From: Alphaproteobacteria bacterium
GTDB lineage: Bacteria > Pseudomonadota > Alphaproteobacteria > Micavibrionales > UBA2020
Direction of reading: 5' to 3'
DNA: 64,000 bases
NCBI GenBank assembly: GCA_025934695.1
Contig: JAICWS010000004.1
Span: forward strand, 193,496-257,495
Below are positions 9,804 to 19,000 of this stretch, piece after piece. The notes below the pieces were generated by a model, which saw only the letters and a list, made by a program, of their open reading frames with translations, ran no database searches and was not told where the DNA came from. Both the position numbers and the translations under genes were made by a program. Each line of letters begins with the position of its first letter. The first letter of the stretch is position 1.

Positions 9804-10610
9804 ATGACTGAGCCAACGCTCCATATCGCATTTACCGACTCAGGTGCGGGCAGCCTTCGCAGCGCGCTCGCATCCTCTAAAAGCCAGGACGAGGTTATCA
9901 CTTTGACTGACGCCCCCAATTTCGGGCCGGTCGAATATTCCGATCCTGCTGTCCGTGAGCGGTGGATGGAAGAAGTGCTCGGGCTCGGTGGCTATGATTG
10001 GGTTATTGAGTGTTCCGTGACATTCTGGAGCCGGGTGCTGACGGATACGCGGCCCAAGGTTCTTTGGACATCGCGCCGCAGCGCCATGGAGTATTGCGGC
10101 TTCCTGGAATGTCTTTGGCGGTTAAAGGATACGCCTTGTTCGGTCGTGGATCTTACCAACGTCAAAGTCAGGTATCCGCGGCGCGACGGCACTTTAAGTC
10201 CGCCAAAGCTGGCGGTAAGCCTTGCAACGGTGCCGGCAGAAATCTTTCAGGAACAGGGATTGCTTAATCTGCATGAAGAAATCACTCCAGATGTACGGGC
10301 GCATTATCACAATCTTTGGAACCGGCTGCGCAAGGAGAATGCGCCTTTCCGTGTCGTCGGCGCGACAGGAATTGCCTCCGCGCCAATTAACTACTTCGAT
10401 GATTTTCTCGTTTCGTGCGTTTCTTCCGATTGGCAAAAATCGGCGCGCGTCGTTGGAGAAGCGTTGGGAAGAGAGACGGACACCGAGTATTGGCAGGTCG
10501 GCGATCTGGTTCTATTCTCGCGGCTGCAGGTCCTGGCAAAGGAAGGAAAGATCGAAAGCCGCGGCGACATGGCGAACATGCAGGCATCCGAACTTCGTCT
10601 GCGGGGTTAA
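9804..10610 (+). CDS. DUF1835/DUF3658-like protein
   Basis: 268 aa. N-terminus 'LHIAFTDSGAGSLRSAL' resembles DUF1835 (recalled from memory). Confidence 0.55.
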   Translation: MTEPTLHIAFTDSGAGSLRSALASSKSQDEVITLTDAPNFGPVEYSDPAVRERWMEEVLGLGGYDWVIECSVTFWSRVLTDTRPKVLWTSRRSAMEYCGFLECLWRLKDTPCSVVDLTNVKVRYPRRDGTLSPPKLAVSLATVPAEIFQEQGLLNLHEEITPDVRAHYHNLWNRLRKENAPFRVVGATGIASAPINYFDDFLVSCVSSDWQKSARVVGEALGRETDTEYWQVGDLVLFSRLQVLAKEGKIESRGDMANMQASELRLRG

Positions 10611-10637
10611 TCGCTTCACGAGCTGGCAGTCGGTTAT

Positions 10638-11297
10638 TTACTTGCCCGCGCCATACACCAGGATGTGGATATCACCCACCTCTTCGACTTCCAGCTTCAG
10701 CCCGGCCTGTTTCAACTGGCTGCGGATTTCGTCGGCGGTGAAGGCGGCGCAGAGGGAATTGTAGAAATCCTGCTTCAGCACTTCGGGCTCGTCGCCCGAC
10801 AGTTCGTCGACGATGCGCGCCACGTCTTTTTCGCTGTCGGGGCGGCGCAGGTCGGCCACGAAAACGAAGGTGTTCTCGTTCGCGACTTGCTTCACCGTGT
10901 CCCACAGCACTTTGGGCTCATGCAGGTGGTGCAGCAGACTGTGGCTCATGATGACGCTGTAATCCTGCTTCGGGATATCGGGCGAGGGGATAAAGCTGCG
11001 CACGAAGTTCATCCGCGAAGAAAGGCCCGCTTTCTGCATGCGGCGGCGCGACAGCTCGAGCATCGGCTCGGATCCGTCGACGCCGACGAAATGCGCCTTC
11101 GGAAATTTTTTCGCAAAGCGTTCAAGAATATCGCCGGAGCCGCAGCCGAGATCGAGCACCGCGCCCGTCACCGCATGGCCGTAGCGTTCCGCGAATAATT
11201 CCACGCGCTTGCCGTGCGGCTCGGAAAAATCCGCTTGGTCGTAAGCCTCGGCCTGCTCCATGGTGTCCATGAGTTCGGGTTCGGGAATGCGCTTCAT
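10638..11297 (-). CDS. Class I SAM-dependent methyltransferase
   Basis: 219 aa. Motif I 'VLDLGCGSGDI'. Confidence 0.8.
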   Translation of the reverse strand: MKRIPEPELMDTMEQAEAYDQADFSEPHGKRVELFAERYGHAVTGAVLDLGCGSGDILERFAKKFPKAHFVGVDGSEPMLELSRRRMQKAGLSSRMNFVRSFIPSPDIPKQDYSVIMSHSLLHHLHEPKVLWDTVKQVANENTFVFVADLRRPDSEKDVARIVDELSGDEPEVLKQDFYNSLCAAFTADEIRSQLKQAGLKLEVEEVGDIHILVYGAGK

Positions 11298-11343
11298 GTC
11301 TTTGACTTTATGGCCCAGTCTGTAAATTTACTTTTCATTTTTC

Positions 11344-11410
11344 GCACGAAGTTACGAAGTAACGAAGAAGTCTTTCTTCACGCGTTCTTCGTTACTTCGT
11401 AACTTCGTGC
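11344..11410. repeat. Perfect 26-bp-arm palindrome, repeat family B (CGAAGTTACGAAGTAACGAAG)
   Basis: Arms at 11344-11369 and 11385-11410 are exact reverse complements. The same arm sequence occurs at 34023-34046 and 34193-34216. Confidence 0.85.
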
Positions 11411-11534
11411 GATTGTGCAGAATGGGGGTATGCGGGCTACGCGCGCTTGAAGGATCGAGATTCCATATCGTCAAATTTTACCGGAATCTCATTTTTAAAT
11501 TGCCCGATTCGCGGCGGTTTGGTATAAAAGGTTT

Positions 11535-12185
11535 ATGAGTCAACGGGTTCGCATAGCGCCTTCAATTTTATCCGCAGATTTTTCGAAGCTTGGTGATGAA
11601 ATCAAGGCGGTCGATGCCGCCGGGGCGGATTACATCCATCTCGATGTGATGGATGGGCATTTCGTGCCGAACATTACGTTCGGGCCGGTTGTTCTTGAAT
11701 CCTTACGGAAAACATCCAAGAAGACGTTCGACGTTCACCTGATGATCGCGCCGGTTGATCCTTTTGTTGAAGGTTTCGCCAAAGCGGGCGCGGATATCAT
11801 CACTTTCCATCCCGAGGCGGGCGCGCATCCGCACCGCACCATTCAGCTGATCAAGTCGCTCGGCAAGAAGGCCGGCGTCTCGCTTAATCCCTCCACGCCC
11901 GTCAGCGTCCTCGACCATATCATCGACGAGCTCGACCTCATTCTCATCATGACGGTCAACCCGGGCTTCGGGGGACAGAAATTCATTCCGCTGCTCGACA
12001 AGATCAAAGAGGTTCGCAGCCGCATCACGAAATGCGGACGCAGCATCGATCTCGAGGTCGACGGCGGAATCAATCCGGAAACCGCCAAACAAGTCATTTC
12101 CGCCGGCGCTGACGTGCTGGTGGCGGGGACGGCTGTCTTCAAGGAAAAGGACTACGCGGAGGCCATACGGCGGCTGCGCGGCTGA
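11535..12185 (+). CDS. rpe: Ribulose-phosphate 3-epimerase
   Basis: 216 aa. '[13 protein letters not shown]', '[10 protein letters not shown]', 'EVDGG' motifs. Confidence 0.95.
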   Translation: MSQRVRIAPSILSADFSKLGDEIKAVDAAGADYIHLDVMDGHFVPNITFGPVVLESLRKTSKKTFDVHLMIAPVDPFVEGFAKAGADIITFHPEAGAHPHRTIQLIKSLGKKAGVSLNPSTPVSVLDHIIDELDLILIMTVNPGFGGQKFIPLLDKIKEVRSRITKCGRSIDLEVDGGINPETAKQVISAGADVLVAGTAVFKEKDYAEAIRRLRG

Positions 12186-12255
12186 ACTAACGGGTAGAGT
12201 GTGTGAATAGAGGGGAGTGTGTCCGGAGGGGTCCGGACGCATAAGGGGTTTTCTG

Positions 12256-13881
12256 ATGTTCCTGACAGAAGGTATCAGCTTTAGAGGGATTCGTCCGCTG
12301 CGCAAGCTGGCGATCGGCAATCCGCTGGCGGGGCTGTCGCTTCCGTCGCGCGTGCCGGATCATTTGCGCGTGGTGCCGCCCGACCCGTGGGCGGGCGACG
12401 CGCAGAAGGGCCGCGACATCATCGCGGGCATCTTCCGCTTCGCGGGGCAGACGATTTCAAAAGACGATCTGTCGTGGGAGCCCCTGGGCGCGAAGCCCGA
12501 ATGGCTGGCCGAACTGCACGGCTTCGAATGGCTGCGCGACCTGCGCTCGGTCGGCGGCGACCGCGCGCGGCGCATGGCGCGCGAGATGGCAGGCAACTGG
12601 ATGATGCGCTACGACAAGCCGCACGAGCTGGCCTGGCGCCCGGACGTCACGGGCGCGCGCATCGCAGCCTGGATTTCCTTCCATGATTTCTTCTGCGCCT
12701 CGGCCGACGATGAATTCCGCAAAAATTATTTCACCAGCCTATGCAAACAGGCGCGGCATCTGGCGAAAAGTTTGCCGGGGGAGCTGAACGGCGTGCCGCT
12801 GCTGCGCGCGTACAAGGGCCTGGCCTATTCCGGCCTCGCGCTGGATGATGGCGAGGAGCGGTTGGAAGAAGCCTTCGCGGGCATTCTGAAACAGATCGGC
12901 GAGCAGCTGTTGCCCGACGGCGGGCATATCTCGCGCAGCCCGCAGGCCGCGTTCGACTTCATGCAGATGCTGGTGGATTTGCGCACGGCGCTCACCTCCG
13001 CGAAAGTCGAAATGCCCGAAGAACTGCAGCATGCCATCGACAGGCTCGCGCCCGCGGTGAAGTTTTTCCGCCACGGCGACGGGGCCTTCTGTCAGTTCAA
13101 CGGCGGGCAGGAAGGTAACGCGAACATCTGCGAAGCGACGCTGATGCATTCGGGCGCGCGCGGCAAGGCGATGAAGACCATGCCGCATTCGGGCTATGAG
13201 AAGATCACGCTCGGCCGCTCGGCACTGTTCATGGATATCGGCCTGCCGCTGCTCTCGCAATATGCCGACCGCGCGCACGCCGGCCTGCTCAGCTTTGAAT
13301 ATTCGTTTGGTAAAGACCGCGTCTTCGTCAACTGCGGCACTTCGGAAGCGCAGGGGCGCTGGCGCGACCTGCTGCGCTCGACCGCGGCGCATACGGCGCT
13401 CGCGGTGGATGCGCGCAATTCCTGCACTATCGACGCAAATGGCATCCTGACCGGGCGCCCGGCAGTCAAATACGACCGCCGCGAAGAAGCCAGTCTCGCC
13501 CTGATCGACGCGACGCACAACGGCTATATGCCGCGCTTCGGTCTCAGCCACCGGCGCTGCGTGCGGCTGCAGGAAAACGGTGAAACCGTCTTGGGCGAAG
13601 ATCATCTGACCGGCAAGTCCGGCGTGCATTTCGCCGCGCGCTTCCACCTGCATCCGAACATCCAGGCTTCGCTGATTGCGGACGGAGCGGAAATCCTCCT
13701 GCGCGCCCGCAGCGGCACCGGCTGGCGCTTCCGCGCGGCCGGCGCGCAGCTCGCGGTCGAGGACAGCGTCTACGGCAGCGAGGGCGAAACGCCCCGCCGC
13801 ACCCTCCAGATCGCCCTGCACGGCATCACCTCGAGCTCCCCCACCTCGCTTGCGTGGGAGTTGCGGCGGGAGAAGATTTAA
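12256..13881 (+). CDS. Heparinase II/III family protein
   Basis: About 540 aa with family-level similarity, in the usual alphaproteobacterial position after rpe. ATG 12256 is preceded by an AAGGGG SD. Confidence 0.7.
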   Translation: MFLTEGISFRGIRPLRKLAIGNPLAGLSLPSRVPDHLRVVPPDPWAGDAQKGRDIIAGIFRFAGQTISKDDLSWEPLGAKPEWLAELHGFEWLRDLRSVGGDRARRMAREMAGNWMMRYDKPHELAWRPDVTGARIAAWISFHDFFCASADDEFRKNYFTSLCKQARHLAKSLPGELNGVPLLRAYKGLAYSGLALDDGEERLEEAFAGILKQIGEQLLPDGGHISRSPQAAFDFMQMLVDLRTALTSAKVEMPEELQHAIDRLAPAVKFFRHGDGAFCQFNGGQEGNANICEATLMHSGARGKAMKTMPHSGYEKITLGRSALFMDIGLPLLSQYADRAHAGLLSFEYSFGKDRVFVNCGTSEAQGRWRDLLRSTAAHTALAVDARNSCTIDANGILTGRPAVKYDRREEASLALIDATHNGYMPRFGLSHRRCVRLQENGETVLGEDHLTGKSGVHFAARFHLHPNIQASLIADGAEILLRARSGTGWRFRAAGAQLAVEDSVYGSEGETPRRTLQIALHGITSSSPTSLAWELRREKI

Positions 13882-14067
13882 GCCTTTTTGTAAGTCGCTG
13901 CGGCTGCTTCCTGCATTCGAAGCCGTACCATGCAATTTGTCACGAGGTCTGCTGGGAAAAGGTGATCTCGTTGCGAATGGTCTCCTCGGATAGAGCAGAA
14001 GAATATCGCCGGTGCATGCGCGATTGCCTTGAAAAACATGGTATATTCGACTATTAAGGAGTTTCCG

Positions 14068-14277
14068 ATGGAAAAGAAACAGGCGTCAGATATTCTGGAA
14101 TCCGTTCTCGCGCTTAACCGGCCGCTTGGTCAGGTAATGGACGCTACAGAGGCCCTCCCCGACGGAACTGAAAGAGCAGAGATGGTCAAGGCCGTTGGCG
14201 AAATACTCAAGATACTTACGCTGAATATTGTCTTTCCCATTGTTCGCCAATATCCGGAATTGGATCCTGACAAGTAA
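14068..14277 (+). CDS. Hypothetical small protein (69 aa)
   Basis: TAAGGAG SD 7 nt upstream of ATG 14068. Lies in an AT-richer islet. Confidence 0.45.
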   Translation: MEKKQASDILESVLALNRPLGQVMDATEALPDGTERAEMVKAVGEILKILTLNIVFPIVRQYPELDPDK

Positions 14278-14332
14278 CTGCGCGAAGGGATCGTCGATCA
14301 ATTTTCCATTGCAAATAATTTGCTTCGCCAGA

Positions 14333-14566
14333 ATGAATTTGTCGCATCTCCTATTTGCTTTTGCCGCCGTTATTTACGGACTAATGACGCCAGCGTTGGC
14401 AGCCGACGTTCCGGCATGGCGAATTTCTTTTCATCGGATCGACCCAATGGAAAAACAATATTCGATCAGCTGCAAACCCGGCGCAAGGAAATGCCATTTT
14501 GTCCTGCCGCTTAAGTCGACGACGGGCGTCGGCGCAATGTCTGAGCCCCCTCATCGCGGAGAGTGA
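14333..14566 (+). CDS. Hypothetical small secreted protein (77 aa)
   Basis: The internal ATG gives signal-like MNLSHLLFAFAAVIYGLMTPALA. No recognisable domain. Confidence 0.35.
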   Translation: MNLSHLLFAFAAVIYGLMTPALAADVPAWRISFHRIDPMEKQYSISCKPGARKCHFVLPLKSTTGVGAMSEPPHRGE

Positions 14567-14837
14567 CGCTTTATTTTCCGGGAGAAGAGGAAAACTCAAG
14601 GGGGCTTCATCAGGATCTTGTATGGCGGATGCATTATCGCCGATTGGCTGATCTGAACGTCACCGTCCGGTAAATGGGATTTAATCTCTTTAAATAAACT
14701 GGCTCGAATAAATTTAAATCCCTCTTGGCGAAAGAATAAGGAAATGCAAAGGGTTAAGAAATCCTTCGCCTCCCTTTCCCGAGGTGGCGTATAATGGAGA
14801 GAGAGATCGTTCCTTAAGAAAAAGGAGGGGAATCGCC

Positions 14838-15005
14838 ATGGCCGTTTCAAACGTCTCGAACAACACCCCGCCACCACCGCCCCGGCAAAACCAGCAGGCG
14901 CAACAGGCCCAGCAGCAGCGCCAGCAGCAACAGCGGACGCAACAGGCCGAGCAACAGCAGCAGTCGAACAGCAGCCGCGGTCAGCACGTCGACGTGACGG
15001 CTTAG
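14838..15005 (+). CDS. Gln-rich low-complexity microprotein (55 aa)
   Basis: AAAGGAGGGG SD 7 nt upstream of the ATG. MAVSNVSNNTPPPPPRQNQQAQQAQQQRQQQQRTQQAEQQQQSNSS.. Confidence 0.5.
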   Translation: MAVSNVSNNTPPPPPRQNQQAQQAQQQRQQQQRTQQAEQQQQSNSSRGQHVDVTA

Positions 15006-15044
15006 GGGCCGTACCCATATTCAAAATAACAATCGCCCATCTCC

Positions 15045-15090
15045 ATCCCGGCGAAAGCCGGGATCCAGTCGCGCCGCATCTGCGGCGCGC
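15045..15090. repeat. REP hairpins, family C type (CCCGGCGAAAGCCGGG) plus a GCGCCGCATCTGCGGCGC hairpin
   Basis: The same CCGGCGAAAGCCGG core occurs at 30862-30885, 30957-30980 and 34151-34176. Confidence 0.6.
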
Positions 15091-15223
15091 ATAAAGGCTT
15101 TCGGCGCATAAAATAGATATTGCTGCTATGTGCCGCCTCCAGCGGCGGCTGGACCACATGAAATTTCATTAGGAAATTTCATGTCTTTCGCCGGGGTGGG
15201 CTGCGTCGGCGCGGAAACCGGAC

Positions 15224-15619
15224 TCAATCCAGCTTGATGCCCTTTTTCTTGACCTGCTTGAGACGCTTCATTTGCTCGAGCTTGCCGGCTTCGACGTTGC
15301 CGGGGCCGAGCCCGAATTCTTTGGACAGCTGCTTGACGACCGGCACGATCTTCTCGAGCTTGTCGGCGGCGTTGCTGTTGTTGTCCTTGCAGAGCTTGAT
15401 GACGCGCGCGCAATCCTCATCCCAGGTCTCGGGCTTCATGCCGAGTTCCTTCTGCGCGCGGTCGAGTAGGCGGGCGCCGGTCGAGGCGTGGCGGAAGGCG
15501 AGGCGGGACGAGGTGCCCAGCGTCGAGGCCTTGGGGTCGATGATGTCGCGGAACTGCGTGTCGATGTAATCGCTCAAGTCGCGGATAAGCTTTTCGGTGT
15601 CGGGATTCCACTCGGTCAT
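15224..15619 (-). CDS. Hypothetical protein, paralog of 15700-16083
   Basis: 131 aa. Shares '..NP.ASTLGT..R.AFR..' and overall layout with its neighbour. Basic C-terminal tail. Confidence 0.6.
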   Translation of the reverse strand: MTEWNPDTEKLIRDLSDYIDTQFRDIIDPKASTLGTSSRLAFRHASTGARLLDRAQKELGMKPETWDEDCARVIKLCKDNNSNAADKLEKIVPVVKQLSKEFGLGPGNVEAGKLEQMKRLKQVKKKGIKLD

Positions 15620-15699
15620 GGATATTCCTTCTTTTCAAAATTGTTTTACGGGGCGGTTAAATTTTTACCTTATATCGGGGGTTTTGGCAACCCGGGGTT

Positions 15700-16083
15700 T
15701 CAATAAGACAGGTTCAGTTTCTTCGCCTGGCGCACGCCGCGGATGACGGTGATTTCGCCGGGCAGCGCATCTTCCAGCGCACTCATCATTTTCGTGTAAA
15801 CCGGCATGGCCTCTTTCAGCTTCGCGGCCGCGGCGCTGTTGTTCTGCTCGGCCATTTCGATCAGCGCGGGGATATGCTTTTCCGGCGCTGCCGCCACGTC
15901 CCAGCCGGTTTCGGCGTGGATTTTATCCCGCAGGGGTTCGCCCTTCGTCTTGGTGCGGAAGGCGCAGCGCAGCGTCGTGCCGAGCGTGCTGGCGTTCGGG
16001 TTCAGCATGTCTTTCAGCTGGGCTTCGAAAAAATCGCCATATTCGCGGATCAGTCCGTCCAGCTTGGGCGTGTAACCGGGCAT
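15700..16083 (-). CDS. Hypothetical protein, paralog of 15224-15619
   Basis: ATG 16083 is preceded by a GGAGG SD. 127 aa. A TTGACA-N17-AATACT promoter-like sequence lies upstream. Confidence 0.6.
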   Translation of the reverse strand: MPGYTPKLDGLIREYGDFFEAQLKDMLNPNASTLGTTLRCAFRTKTKGEPLRDKIHAETGWDVAAAPEKHIPALIEMAEQNNSAAAAKLKEAMPVYTKMMSALEDALPGEITVIRGVRQAKKLNLSY

Positions 16084-16280
16084 CAAAACCTCCTGAAGCA
16101 CTATGAATTCGAGGCAGTATTGCAAACCGGGGCGGCCCTGTCAACTATTAAGTAAAATCAAAATGACTCGTTTTGTCAGCGGGTTAAATTGCGTTTATAC
16201 TCCTTCAATCCCCTCTCCCGCCATTCGCAAGAGCAATGGGGGAGAGGGGTTTCGCTAGGAAGCGGCACAGGAGAAAACAC

Positions 16281-16583
16281 ATGGATCAAATCCCCAATCC
16301 CGACGAACACGACTGGGAAAGCGTTATCTGGTTCCTGCTCGCCAATAACCTGTCGATCGCGAACGCGCATGAAAAGCGCATAAAGGAGCTTAAATCCACC
16401 ATCGAGACGATGGACCAGGAAATGGCCGCGCTGACCGAGAGCTATATCCGCCTCTACTACCAGAAGCGCGCCTTTCGCAACAGCAAGCCCGATTACGCGA
16501 CCGACCCGAAATGGGCGGTGCTGGGCAAGGAGCTCGACCGCGTGATCGAGAATTTCAAGCAGCGCGTCCATTCGATGGCGTAG
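16281..16583 (+). CDS. Hypothetical protein (100 aa)
   Basis: ATG 16281 follows CAGGAG. Helical composition that looks coiled-coil-like. Confidence 0.5.
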   Translation: MDQIPNPDEHDWESVIWFLLANNLSIANAHEKRIKELKSTIETMDQEMAALTESYIRLYYQKRAFRNSKPDYATDPKWAVLGKELDRVIENFKQRVHSMA

Positions 16584-16677
16584 GGCCATTTCCGGTAACG
16601 CCGATCATAGCCATACTCCGCGCGGCCACGTCGGCCGCGCAAAGCACCTCGCGAAGTTCCTGAACAGGGTTTCCATC

Positions 16678-17319
16678 GTGCTGATGCTCTGGGCGATCTT
16701 TGTGGCCGTGCCGTCGTCGCCCTATTACCTGCCGTGCATCGCGCTGCTGGTGGCAATGCCGTGGCTGGCGCTGGCCGTCGCCGGCTTGGCCCCGGATCAT
16801 TTCTCGCTGATCGGCCAGCGCGACGACCACCGCCCGCAGATCGACGGGGCATTCCTGATGCCCGGCTTCGTCCTGATGCTGCGGCTGATCACTGACGTGC
16901 ATCTGACGCAGTGGGACACGATTCATCTTCCGGCCATCGCCGCCACGCTGCTGCTGGGGTTCCTCGCGTTGAAGCTGAGTCCGCATATGCGGCAAAGCAA
17001 AGCGGTGATTTTCTGTCTCTTCACGCTGACGCTGCCCTATGGGTACAGCGCAGCCGTGATGACGAACGCCATTGCGGATACGCACGGGCCGCATGTGTTC
17101 CAGACCGTGGTGAAAGAAAAATATGTCTCGCGCGGCACGAAAAGTTCCCTGCCGGAACTGGTCATCGGCCCTTGGGGCCCCGAAGCGCAGGATACGCGCG
17201 ATCTGCCGGTCAGCCGCGATGTTTTCAGGAAGCTGAATAAAGGGGATATCGCCTGCATCAACCTGATGCCGGGCTTTCTGGGCATCGAATGGTACAACGT
17301 GAAGCCCTGCAGCCCTTAA
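16678..17319 (+). CDS. Hypothetical integral membrane protein
   Basis: 213 aa with about 5 hydrophobic segments. GTG start. Confidence 0.5.
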   Translation: MLMLWAIFVAVPSSPYYLPCIALLVAMPWLALAVAGLAPDHFSLIGQRDDHRPQIDGAFLMPGFVLMLRLITDVHLTQWDTIHLPAIAATLLLGFLALKLSPHMRQSKAVIFCLFTLTLPYGYSAAVMTNAIADTHGPHVFQTVVKEKYVSRGTKSSLPELVIGPWGPEAQDTRDLPVSRDVFRKLNKGDIACINLMPGFLGIEWYNVKPCSP

Positions 17320-17328
17320 AGCCGCGAA

Positions 17329-18081
17329 CTATGCCGCTGGCGTCTTCAGCCGCAGCGGACGTTTCACAGCGACGGGAGCCGGGGTGCCCTGGGTTGCGCG
17401 CTGGCGGAAATTGCGTATTTCGTTTTCGACAAAGGCCTCGTCCCGCGCCTGGATGGCATCGCCAAGCGCGGCAAGGGTTTCCTCGCGGTTGTACATCCGC
17501 GCATAGTCCAGTGCGTTTTTCCCTTCGGCGTTTTGCGCGTCGACATCCACGCCCCGGTTGAAAAGGATCATGGCGATCCTGGTTTTCCCGTTGACCGCGG
17601 CCTGCATCAGCGCCGTCCAGCCGTTGTCGGAAGCCGCTTCCGGGTTTGCGCCGCGCCGCAGCAATTCCTGCAGTGTTTCCACGCCGTCCTCGTAGATGGC
17701 GAAGATCACGGGCGTGGTGCCGGCATTGTTTCGCGCTTCGATATCTGCGCCGCGATCGAGGAGAAGCCGGACGACGTCCGTGCGATTACTCCATGCGGCG
17801 GCCATAAGCGGCGTGTGGCCTTTGTCATCGCGCCCTTCGATGTCGGCGCCGCGTTCGAGCAATTCAGCGGTCATGTCGATGCGGCCCCACCAGGCGGCGG
17901 TCATCAGAGGCAATGTCCCGCTGTCGGGAAGCGTTGCTTTCACGCCGCTGGCGCCGAACTTGTCCAGAAACGCCTCAAAACCCGCGGTTCTGCCAAAGCG
18001 AATGTCTTCGTGGAATTTCTTGATGTCCGCTTCATTCGGCGATGCGGGTAATGTCGTGACGGTGGCAAATTCGGTTTTCAT
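17329..18081 (-). CDS. Ankyrin-repeat protein
   Basis: 250 aa. Repeated 'G.TPLM.AA..G....V.LLL.RGADI.A' units. C-terminus ..VAVKRPLRLKTPAA. Confidence 0.85.
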   Translation of the reverse strand: MKTEFATVTTLPASPNEADIKKFHEDIRFGRTAGFEAFLDKFGASGVKATLPDSGTLPLMTAAWWGRIDMTAELLERGADIEGRDDKGHTPLMAAAWSNRTDVVRLLLDRGADIEARNNAGTTPVIFAIYEDGVETLQELLRRGANPEAASDNGWTALMQAAVNGKTRIAMILFNRGVDVDAQNAEGKNALDYARMYNREETLAALGDAIQARDEAFVENEIRNFRQRATQGTPAPVAVKRPLRLKTPAA

Positions 18082-18089
18082 GGCCTCTG

Positions 18090-18122
18090 ATACTACAGAA
18101 TTTCCATAATTATGTCAAATAT
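18090..18122 (-). promoter_or_regulatory. sigma70-type promoter TTGACA-N17-TAGTAT with extended ATATTTGACATAAT box
   Basis: -35 at 18113-18118 and -10 at 18090-18095 (minus strand). Only 8 nt separate the -10 from ATG 18081. Confidence 0.45.
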
Positions 18123-18150
18123 AAATCCGTAAATGTGCCAGACAACCGCG

Positions 18151-18888
18151 TTAGGTGCTGCCGGTTTTTGATGTTGAGCCGGAGGCCGCGGTCGCCGGCG
18201 GGTCGCCGAAGATGCGGATTTTCCGGTCCGGCGCAGCGTCATTGGCGGGACCGGTGACGGACAGGGAGGCTTTGGCGGCCGCAGGGCTTGTGCTTCCGCG
18301 CAGCTTGGCGAATTCCAGCGCCATCCTGCGGCGGACTTCGGTTTCGCTGCGGGGCAGCCTGGCGGCCGCATCCACTTTCGTCTGGGTCAGTTTTTCATTC
18401 GCGAGCGCGCGCATCATCGCGGTCCAGTGATGGTCGGCGAGGGCGCCGGTATTCGCCCCTTGCGCCAGCAGTTCGCGCGCGGCTTCGGTCGCATTGTCGT
18501 AGGTAGTGAAGACGAGGGCGGTCGCACCGATCACGGTCTTGGCCTCCATATCCGCGCCGCGGTCGAGCAGCAGGCGCACGATGTTGAATTTATTGTGCAT
18601 GGCCGCCAGCATCAGCGCGGTGCAGCCGACCGCATCGGCGGCGTTCACATCGGCCGCGCCATATAAAAGATCTTCCACCATGGTCTGGCGGCCCCATTTC
18701 GATGCTGCCATCAGCGGCGTCGCACCGGTTTCCGGCTCGCGCACTTTCGTTGCATCCTGGCGGTACTTGTCGAGGAAATTCTGGAACGGTCCGGGATTGT
18801 TGACGCGGATGGCCTTGAAGAACGCCTTGATCTCGTCAGGCGCAGGTCCTTGCGATGGGTCACGCGGCGATGAAAAAAAGCGTCTCAA
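18151..18888 (-). CDS. Ankyrin-repeat protein (paralog of 17329-18081)
   Basis: 245 aa with ankyrin consensus repeats. TTG start with a GGAGAA SD 9 nt upstream. Confidence 0.8.
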   Translation of the reverse strand: MRRFFSSPRDPSQGPAPDEIKAFFKAIRVNNPGPFQNFLDKYRQDATKVREPETGATPLMAASKWGRQTMVEDLLYGAADVNAADAVGCTALMLAAMHNKFNIVRLLLDRGADMEAKTVIGATALVFTTYDNATEAARELLAQGANTGALADHHWTAMMRALANEKLTQTKVDAAARLPRSETEVRRRMALEFAKLRGSTSPAAAKASLSVTGPANDAAPDRKIRIFGDPPATAASGSTSKTGST

Positions 18889-18920
18889 TAGGGGTTTTCT
18901 CCGGGCAGGGGGAATGTCAA

Positions 18921-18953
18921 AGCCTACAGGCGAATGGATATTATGTCAAAATA
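18921..18953 (-). promoter_or_regulatory. Promoter TTGACA-N17-TAGGCT with TATTTTGACATAAT box
   Basis: -35 at 18944-18949 and -10 at 18921-18926 (minus strand), upstream of the ankyrin gene. Confidence 0.4.
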
Positions 18954-19000
18954 AATCGAGGACGGACAGTAATTGCCTAATGATTTCAATGGATAATTTT

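Noticed and set aside
13854-14057. 67-aa ORF overlapping the end of the heparinase-like gene.
   Set aside because: The first half overlaps the upstream gene in another frame. The only internal ATG (13977) has no SD and gives just 26 aa.
14596-15159. 187-aa minus-strand ORF across the Gln-rich microprotein and the REP hairpins.
   Set aside because: It is the antisense reading of the CAG/CTG-rich tract and REP sequence. It is Ala/Cys/Arg-rich and has no SD.
15157-15183. Perfect AT-rich inverted repeat CATGAAATTTC-ATTAG-GAAATTTCATG downstream of gene 15224-15619, considered as a terminator.
   Set aside because: There is no T-run on the relevant strand and the stem is weak (AT-rich). It could be an operator or chance; I cannot decide from sequence alone.
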